A model generated the notes under the pieces. That model worked only from the letters and a program-made list of their open reading frames with translations. It was not told the origin of the DNA and ran no database searches. Positions 57,807 to 64,000 of a DNA stretch of 64,000 bases are shown one piece after another. The stretch is from an uncultured Gemmatimonadaceae bacterium (lineage in GTDB: Bacteria; Gemmatimonadota; Gemmatimonadetes; Gemmatimonadales; Gemmatimonadaceae): positions 1,824,001 through 1,888,000 of the forward strand of contig CAVXGK010000002.1 in NCBI GenBank assembly GCA_963761305.1, read 5' to 3'. Positions within the stretch are counted from its first letter, which is position 1; each line of letters opens with the position of its first letter. Position numbers and translations under genes: made by a program.

Positions 57807-59426
57807 ATGACGAACCTGAGCGACCTCCAACGCCGGCTCAGCGGGCGCTACGACATCGAGCGCGAGCTCGGTCGCGGCGGCATGGGCGCCGTGTATCTCG
57901 CGCGCGACGTGAAGCTGGGGCGACCGGTCGCGCTCAAGGTTCTGCCGGCGGAATTCGCGACGGCGGCCGGTCTGCGCGACCGGTTTCTCCGCGAGACGCG
58001 GATGGCCGCGAGCTTCTCGCACCCCAACATCGTACCCGTGTACGCCGTCGAGGAGAGCGACGATCTCCTCGCGTACGTCATGGGCTACGTCGAAGGCGAG
58101 AGTCTCGCCGAGCGCGTGCGGCGCGCCGGACCGCTCGGCGTGCGTGAGGTCGTGCGGCTGCTGCAGGACGTGGGCTACGCGCTGGCGTACGCGCACGGGC
58201 GTGGCATCGTGCACCGCGACATCAAGCCGGACAACATCATGATCGAGCGCGCCACGAGCCGCGCGCTGGTCATGGATTTCGGCGTCTCGCGCGTGATCGC
58301 CGCGGCCGACGACAACGCCGACGCCGGCCTCACGCGCGTCGGTGAAGTCGTCGGCACGGCCGAGTACATGAGTCCCGAACAGGCGACGGGCGACCGGGTC
58401 GACGGCCGCAGCGATCTCTATTCGCTCGGGCTGACTGCCTACTTCGCGCTCACCGGAAGCGTCGCGATGGCGGCGGAGACGACGGGTAAGGCGCTCGTGA
58501 AACAGATCACCGAGACGCTCGCGCCAATGTCGAGTGTGCGTCCCGATCTGCCGCCCGCGTTGGCCTCGGCGATCGACCGCTGCCTGATGAAGGATCCGGC
58601 AGCGCGATTCGCGAGCGCCGAAGAGCTGGTCGAAGCGCTCGACGCGGCGCAGCTCACCGCGCAGGAGATCCCGACTCCGATCCGACTGTTCGCGCAGGAG
58701 GCTGGGACACTGTCGTTGCTCATCTTCCTGGGGACAGCGCTCGCCTACTTCATGGCTCGGGCGATTGGCGGATGGGAGCAAGGAAACCTGGACGTGCTGA
58801 TCCCGGTCGTGATGATGGCCGGCGTGCTCATCACGAGAATCGTACAAACATTCGGCGAGGCGCGACGACTGGCGGTGAGCGGGTTCACTGCCGATGCCGT
58901 TCATCGCGGCTTGGTCGCGGTACTGGCCGAACGCCAGGCACGGCGTGAACAGCTTCGCGCCGATCCGGCGACTCGGCGGATGCGCCGGCGGACACTCACC
59001 TTCCTTGGATTGGCGCCAGTCGCCGCCATTGGAATGGGATGGTTGGCATTCGCGAGCCGGCAACAGGTTGCTCCCCACACGTATCGGGTCGGCTACGGTG
59101 GTGCAGCCCTCTTGTTAGCCGCGATCATCCTGTTCGGTGTCTCACTCGGCCTGCTGCTCCGGAGTCCGTTCCGGATGTCGATCGGCGAGCGACTATTTCG
59201 CGTCGTGTGGCTCGGGCCAATCGGCAACGGGTTCGTTCGCCTCGCCGGGCGTGGACTCGCCGGCGACTCTGCAACGAGCGGTGTGTCGGCGGTCGTCACG
59301 CAACCGCGCCAGCAGTCGGCGTCGAACGTCGCGCGAGGTGAAGGCGGCGTGCGCGCCCCCGACCGGGTCGACGCGCTCGAGATGCGCATCGCGGAGTTGG
59401 AACGCTGGCGGCGAGACAATCGATGA
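57807..59426 (+). CDS. Hanks-type serine/threonine protein kinase with C-terminal TM domain
   Basis: LGRGGMGAVY, VALK, HRDIKPDN, DFG, GTAEYMSPEQ, SDLYSLG. Confidence 0.95.
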   Translation: MTNLSDLQRRLSGRYDIERELGRGGMGAVYLARDVKLGRPVALKVLPAEFATAAGLRDRFLRETRMAASFSHPNIVPVYAVEESDDLLAYVMGYVEGESLAERVRRAGPLGVREVVRLLQDVGYALAYAHGRGIVHRDIKPDNIMIERATSRALVMDFGVSRVIAAADDNADAGLTRVGEVVGTAEYMSPEQATGDRVDGRSDLYSLGLTAYFALTGSVAMAAETTGKALVKQITETLAPMSSVRPDLPPALASAIDRCLMKDPAARFASAEELVEALDAAQLTAQEIPTPIRLFAQEAGTLSLLIFLGTALAYFMARAIGGWEQGNLDVLIPVVMMAGVLITRIVQTFGEARRLAVSGFTADAVHRGLVAVLAERQARREQLRADPATRRMRRRTLTFLGLAPVAAIGMGWLAFASRQQVAPHTYRVGYGGAALLLAAIILFGVSLGLLLRSPFRMSIGERLFRVVWLGPIGNGFVRLAGRGLAGDSATSGVSAVVTQPRQQSASNVARGEGGVRAPDRVDALEMRIAELERWRRDNR

Positions 59427-60763
59427 CGACCAAGCCGCGCGAGACCTTCGCGTCACGGTTCGGCACGCTCGTCACCGTGATCGGGGTCGCGATCGGCCTC
59501 GGGAACGTGTGGCGGTATCCGTACCTCGTCGGAAAGTTTGGCGGCGCGGCGTTCGTGCTGTTCTACGTCTTCGTCGCTGTCGTGATCGGCGTGCCGGCGC
59601 TGATGGCGGAGTTCGCGCTCGGCCGATTCGCGCGGCGCGGACCCGTCGGGGCGTTCAAGGCGGCCGGATTTCCGTTTGGTACCGGCGTCGGCTGGTTTTT
59701 CTTCGTGATCGTGATCGCCGCGACGGGCTACTACACGTCGGTCGTCGGCTGGGTGCTCTATCACGCCGTGGCACAAATCGGAAACGGCGTCGGACTCCAC
59801 ATCGAGGCGGCGGCGATTCTTCCGCCGGAACACGGCTTCGACGTCACCTCGTTCGCGCTGCAACTCTGCTTCACCGCGATCGTCGCGCTCGCCTGCGCGG
59901 TCGTCGTGGCGCGCGGACTGCGAGCGGGGATCGAACGCGCGAGTGTGTGGGTCATGCCGGTGCTCCTCGTCGCGCTCGTGGCGCTGATGGTCCGATCGCT
60001 CACGCTGCCGGGCGCGATGGCCGGCGTGCGCTGGTACATCCTCAAGTTCCAATGGTCCGACCTCACGCCGACGGTGATGGTCGCGGCGATCGGCCACGCG
60101 ATCTTCTCGCTCTCGCTCGGCGGGACGTTCATGGTCGTGTACGGATCGTACATGACGTCGGACGAAAGCGTGGCGCGACCCGCGCTGTGGACCGTCATCG
60201 GCGACACAGGATCGTCGCTGCTCGCCGGATTCGCCGTGATTCCCGCCGTGTTCGCGTTCAACTTGGAGCCGACGTCGGGTCCGGGGCTCATCTTCGCGAC
60301 GTTGCCGAAAGTGTTCGCGGCGATGCCGGCCGGCGCGGTGTTCGGTGCCGTGTTCTTCATCGGGCTGTCGTGCGCGGGCTATTTGTCGGACGTCGGCGCG
60401 TTCGAGGTACTCGTCGCCGGTCTCACCGACAACACAAAGATCTCGCGCGAACGCGCAGTGGTGATCGTGACGGCGGCGATTTTCGTCGCGGCCATTCCGC
60501 CGTCGATCAATACGAGCATCTTCGTGCCGTGGGATCTGACGTTCGGGTCCGGGATGCAGACACTCGGCTCGCTCGTCGCGGTGCTCGCCGTCGGTTGGTG
60601 CATGAAACGCGGCGACGCGTTACGCCAGCTCGGCGAGCGCGGCGAGGTGCCGGTGCCGGTGTGGCTGTACTACTGGGTTCGATTCGGCATTCCCACAGCG
60701 ATTGGCGGCGTCGGCGTGTGGTGGCTGTTGTCGAGTGTGTTCAGTACAGTAAAGTCCGTCTGA
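59423..60763 (+). CDS. Sodium-dependent transporter (NSS/SNF family)
   Basis: VAIGLGNVWRYPY..GGAAF, FSLSLG, GPGLIFATLP. Confidence 0.93.
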   Translation: MTTKPRETFASRFGTLVTVIGVAIGLGNVWRYPYLVGKFGGAAFVLFYVFVAVVIGVPALMAEFALGRFARRGPVGAFKAAGFPFGTGVGWFFFVIVIAATGYYTSVVGWVLYHAVAQIGNGVGLHIEAAAILPPEHGFDVTSFALQLCFTAIVALACAVVVARGLRAGIERASVWVMPVLLVALVALMVRSLTLPGAMAGVRWYILKFQWSDLTPTVMVAAIGHAIFSLSLGGTFMVVYGSYMTSDESVARPALWTVIGDTGSSLLAGFAVIPAVFAFNLEPTSGPGLIFATLPKVFAAMPAGAVFGAVFFIGLSCAGYLSDVGAFEVLVAGLTDNTKISRERAVVIVTAAIFVAAIPPSINTSIFVPWDLTFGSGMQTLGSLVAVLAVGWCMKRGDALRQLGERGEVPVPVWLYYWVRFGIPTAIGGVGVWWLLSSVFSTVKSV

Positions 60764-60767
60764 TTGC

Positions 60768-60868
60768 GGGTCGACCGGTGGACCGGTGGACCGGGTCACC
60801 TCATGTTGCGCTTTCGTTAACACTCGTGCCGGTGTACCTGTCTACCCGTCCACCCGTCAGCCTGTCCA
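60768..60868. repeat. Inverted pair of octamer REP-like tracts
   Basis: gggtcgaccggtggaccggtggaccgg followed by ccggtgtacctgtctacccgtccacccgtcagcctgtcca. Confidence 0.65.
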
Positions 60869-60877
60869 TCCGAAATC

Positions 60878-61393
60878 ATGCCAGTTTCCGTTTCCAGCTC
60901 GAAGCTGATCTATCAATGCCTGCGCGACATCGGCGTGCGGATCGTGTCCGCGCTGCCGGAGACGTGGCTCGTGCATCTCATCCGGATGGCGGAAGAAGAT
61001 CCGGAGATGATGCTCGTGCGTCTCGCCAAAGAAGAAGAAGGCGTCGGCATCTCGGCCGGTGCGCATCTCGCCGGCGTGAAGTCGGCGATGCTGATGCAAA
61101 ACCACGGATTTCTCGCGTCCGTAAACGGGATCGTGTCGTGCGCGCAGCTCTATCGCATTCCGCTCCTGATGTTCATCAGCCACCGCGGCGAGTTCGGCGA
61201 GCGCGACCCGTGGCAGACGGAAGGCGGCGGCGTGACGACGCACGTGCTCGACGCGCTGCGCATTCCGCACACGCTGCTCGATTCGCCGGAGCACGTGCCG
61301 AAGCGAATTCAGAAGGCGCAGACGCTCGCCCATTCGGCGAGCCGCCCGGTGGCATTGCTGCTCGCCCGCGATCTGATGTGGGAGGACGCATGA
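60878..61393 (+). CDS. comD: Sulfopyruvate decarboxylase alpha-subunit-like
   Basis: VSALPETWL, LAKEEEGVGISAGAHLAG, LMQNHG, SHRGEFGERDPWQ. Confidence 0.8.
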   Translation: MPVSVSSSKLIYQCLRDIGVRIVSALPETWLVHLIRMAEEDPEMMLVRLAKEEEGVGISAGAHLAGVKSAMLMQNHGFLASVNGIVSCAQLYRIPLLMFISHRGEFGERDPWQTEGGGVTTHVLDALRIPHTLLDSPEHVPKRIQKAQTLAHSASRPVALLLARDLMWEDA

Positions 61394-61974
61394 AGCGCCG
61401 CGACGCTATCGAAGCGATCTACGGCGATCTCGATCGCTGCGTGGTCGTCACGATCATGGGCGCGGTGGCAGCCGAGCTGCAGTCGATCGGCCACAAGCCG
61501 AATTTCTTTTATCTCCAGCACGCGATGGGCCTGGCGTCGTCGATGGGACTGGGGATCGCGCTCAGCCGGCCCGAGCTCACCGTCGTCGTGTTCGACGGCG
61601 ACGGGTCGGTGCTGATGAACCTCGGCGGACTCACCACGCTCGCGCGGTACCGGCCGAAGAATCTCATCCACCTCGTGTTCGACAACGAGAGTCTGCTCTC
61701 GGTCGGCGGATTTCCGACGGCGACGTCGACCGGCAGCGACATCGCGGGCATCGCCGCTGCCGCCGGCATTCCACGCACGAGCACCGTGACCGACATTGAT
61801 GACTTCAAGACAGAGTTCGCTCAAGCCCTCGCCGCGCACGATCTGACGACGATCGTCGCCAAGGTCGAGGCGGTGGGACCGTCGGGCTACGTGACCGACC
61901 TCTCACTGCTCGAAAATCGATATCAGTTTCAGCGCCACCTTCGCAGCCTTCAGACCTCTCAACGATCTAGCTGA
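61390..61974 (+). CDS. comE: Sulfopyruvate decarboxylase beta-subunit-like
   Basis: MKRRDAIE, NFFYLQHAMGLASSMGLG, DGDGSVLMNLG...FDN; GGAGG RBS, ATGA overlap. Confidence 0.8.
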   Translation: MKRRDAIEAIYGDLDRCVVVTIMGAVAAELQSIGHKPNFFYLQHAMGLASSMGLGIALSRPELTVVVFDGDGSVLMNLGGLTTLARYRPKNLIHLVFDNESLLSVGGFPTATSTGSDIAGIAAAAGIPRTSTVTDIDDFKTEFAQALAAHDLTTIVAKVEAVGPSGYVTDLSLLENRYQFQRHLRSLQTSQRSS

Positions 61975-61976
61975 CC

Positions 61977-62768
61977 ATGACGACGATGACGATGACGGTC
62001 CTCTCTCAACTGGTGGACGAGCTCAACGGCGGCAAACTCAAGGTCGTCGACCTCACGCAGCCCCTCGGTCCCGACACGCCGGTGATCGGACTGCCGCCGA
62101 TGTTCGGGCAATCGCCCGGTCTCACGGTGGACGTGATCTCGCACTTCGACGACAAGGGACCGGCGTGGTACTGGAACGTGCTGCACCTGGGCGAACACAC
62201 AGGCACGCACTTCGACGCGCCGGTGCATTGGATCACGGGCAAGGATCTCGCGGACAACCGCTGTGACACGATCCCCGCGCGCCGATTCGTCGGCCCCGCA
62301 TGCGTGATCGACGTATCACGCGAGGTCGCGAAGAACGAGGATTTCCTCTTGATGCCGGATCACGTCGTGGCGTGGGAAAAGGAGCACGGCAAGATCCCCA
62401 AGAACGCGTGGCTGCTGCTGCGCACGGATTGGAGCAAGCGCTCGGATCCCGAAGCGTTCCTGAACGTGAAGGCCGACGGGCCGCACAGCCCCGGCTTTCA
62501 CAAGAGCACGTCCGAGCTGCTCGCCAAAGACCGCGAGGTGCTCGGCGTCGGCGTCGAGACGGTGGGAACGGACGCCGGTCAGGCCGGCACGTTCGATCCG
62601 CCCTTCCCGAATCACGCGACGATGCACGGCGCCGGGAAGTTCGGACTGGCGAGCCTCCGCAACCTCGATCAGCTTCCACCGACGGGAGCGATCGTGATCG
62701 CCGCGCCGCTCAAGATCGTGAACGGAAGCGGCAGTCCGCTGCGTGTGCTCGCGATCGCGCCCGCGTGA
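61977..62768 (+). CDS. Cyclase family metal-dependent hydrolase (kynurenine formamidase/isatin hydrolase-like)
   Basis: GEHTGTHFDAPVHW (HxGTHxDAPxH), GSGSPLRVLA. Confidence 0.92.
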   Translation: MTTMTMTVLSQLVDELNGGKLKVVDLTQPLGPDTPVIGLPPMFGQSPGLTVDVISHFDDKGPAWYWNVLHLGEHTGTHFDAPVHWITGKDLADNRCDTIPARRFVGPACVIDVSREVAKNEDFLLMPDHVVAWEKEHGKIPKNAWLLLRTDWSKRSDPEAFLNVKADGPHSPGFHKSTSELLAKDREVLGVGVETVGTDAGQAGTFDPPFPNHATMHGAGKFGLASLRNLDQLPPTGAIVIAAPLKIVNGSGSPLRVLAIAPA

Positions 62769-62826
62769 TTGGCCTTCGCCCCAACTTCACCGCTTCGTCG
62801 CCGTCACCCGCGGCGGGAGATCTTCA

Positions 62827-63360
62827 ATGAAGTCGTCGACGCGCGCCGCCCTGGCGGCGAGCACGCTTGCCACGATCGCGCTCGTCGCGAGCACCGGCCG
62901 GCTGGCCGCGCAACGGATCTCTCAGATATCCGGCGGCCAGCCGATCAACGGCATTTCGTGCGACGCGATGGAGGGACAGCGAATCCACATCCATCAGCAT
63001 TTGCTGATCCTCGATCATGGCACGCCGGTGCCGGTGCCGCCCGACGTCGGGCGGCCGACGAGCGGCGAATGCCTGTACTGGCTGCACACGCACACACCCG
63101 ACGGCGTGATCCACATCGAGTCGCCGATGGCCCGTACGTTCACCCTCGGCGATTTCTTCGCGATCTGGGGCCAGCCGCTCAGCACCACGCATGCGGCGAC
63201 CGCGGTGGCGAAGACGGGCAAGATCAAGACGTTCGTCGACGGCAAACCGTATGACGGTGATCCGAGCAAGATCCCGCTCAACGCACACACCGACATCGTG
63301 CTCGAGGTCGGGCCGCCCTTCCCCGCCCCACCGAAGTTCACCGACTGGGGTCAGCGCTAG
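62827..63360 (+). CDS. Secreted hypothetical protein with His-rich putative metal site
   Basis: Signal peptide; HIHQHL, CLYWLHTHTPDGVIHIESP, FTLGDFFAIWG. Confidence 0.8.
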   Translation: MKSSTRAALAASTLATIALVASTGRLAAQRISQISGGQPINGISCDAMEGQRIHIHQHLLILDHGTPVPVPPDVGRPTSGECLYWLHTHTPDGVIHIESPMARTFTLGDFFAIWGQPLSTTHAATAVAKTGKIKTFVDGKPYDGDPSKIPLNAHTDIVLEVGPPFPAPPKFTDWGQR

Positions 63361-63363
63361 CGC

Positions 63364-64000
63364 TCAGACCAGGGCTTTGTCGGCGGCAAGCACGGAACGC
63401 AGCAGCACGTTGGCGCCGTTCGATATATCCGCCGGCCGAGAGAATTCCTTCGGCGCGTGGCTGATGCCGCCGATGCTCGGAATGAAGATCATCCCGATCG
63501 GCCCGAGCGTCGCCATCGCCTGAGCGTCGTGCCCCGCGCCGCTCGGCAATTGACGCGTCGTCAGGCCAAGTGATACGGCGGCGTCGGTGATGATCTTTCG
63601 CATTCGCGGATCGGTCGGCGCGGCGGTGTTGACGTGCAGCTCCGAGTACGCGAACTGCGTTCCGTTCATCTTGCCGATCGCGTCGGCTTCCTTGCGGATC
63701 GTCGCGTACATCGAGTCGATTTTCGCGTCGTCCAGGTCCCGCAGCTCGAGCGTGCAGACGACCTTCCCCGGAATCACGTTCGGCGCGCCCGGGAACGCCT
63801 GAATCTTCCCGACGGTGCCGACCTGTCGCCCGGGAATTCCGCGCACGACACGATTCACCATCTCGACGAAGCGCGCCGCGGAGAGGAGCGCGTCGTGCCG
63901 CTGGTCCATCGCCGTCGTGCCGGCGTGGTTCTGAAACCCGGTAACGGTGACCTCCCACTGCTTGATGCCGACGATCCCCTCAACGACGCCGATGTTGACC
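63364..64000 (-). CDS. M20 family Zn-dependent hydrolase (N-carbamoyl-L-amino-acid/allantoate amidohydrolase-like), C-terminal part
   Basis: NHAGTTAMDQRHDAL, PGAPNVIPG, SGAGHDAQ, GGISHAPKE; runs off window edge. Confidence 0.9.
   Translation of the reverse strand, partial: VNIGVVEGIVGIKQWEVTVTGFQNHAGTTAMDQRHDALLSAARFVEMVNRVVRGIPGRQVGTVGKIQAFPGAPNVIPGKVVCTLELRDLDDAKIDSMYATIRKEADAIGKMNGTQFAYSELHVNTAAPTDPRMRKIITDAAVSLGLTTRQLPSGAGHDAQAMATLGPIGMIFIPSIGGISHAPKEFSRPADISNGANVLLRSVLAADKALV

Noticed and set aside
59137..61974. 945-aa fusion ending in ThDP domain
   Set aside because: Only 61390-61974 is real (RBS, ATGA overlap); the rest is an alternate frame of the transporter and comD.

Overview
High-GC (roughly 65-70% by eye) bacterial chromosomal window. 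Gene content (many secreted S9/M1/M14 peptidases with GGRGG linkers, PadR-ADOP permeases, lineage-type hypotheticals, octamer REP-like repeats) suggests Gemmatimonadota; this is inference. It carries the Fo+delta half of an ATP synthase operon (atpZ-I-B-E-F-H, no atpAGDC) with a near-consensus Rex operator, argJ, cutC, two paralogous ComD/ComE-like ThDP decarboxylase pairs, a frameshifted M14 peptidase, and many transport/hydrolase genes. No rRNA, tRNA, CRISPR, integrase or transposase was recognised. The unusual part is 11.9-18.6 kb: (i) a ~880-bp, indel-free, highly degenerate 21-bp-period array (~42 units) whose consensus drifts along its length; (ii) an AT-richer intergenic tract at 15.45-16.0 kb with ~11 DnaA-box-like 9-mers but no dnaA nearby (candidate oriC or DnaA-titration locus); (iii) surrounding uncharacterised ORFs, two with beta-clamp-like Q[LM]EL motifs, one resembling a stand-alone N-terminal domain of a Ski2/HamB-type helicase. 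All calls are by eye from the sequence and ORF track; no searches were run.
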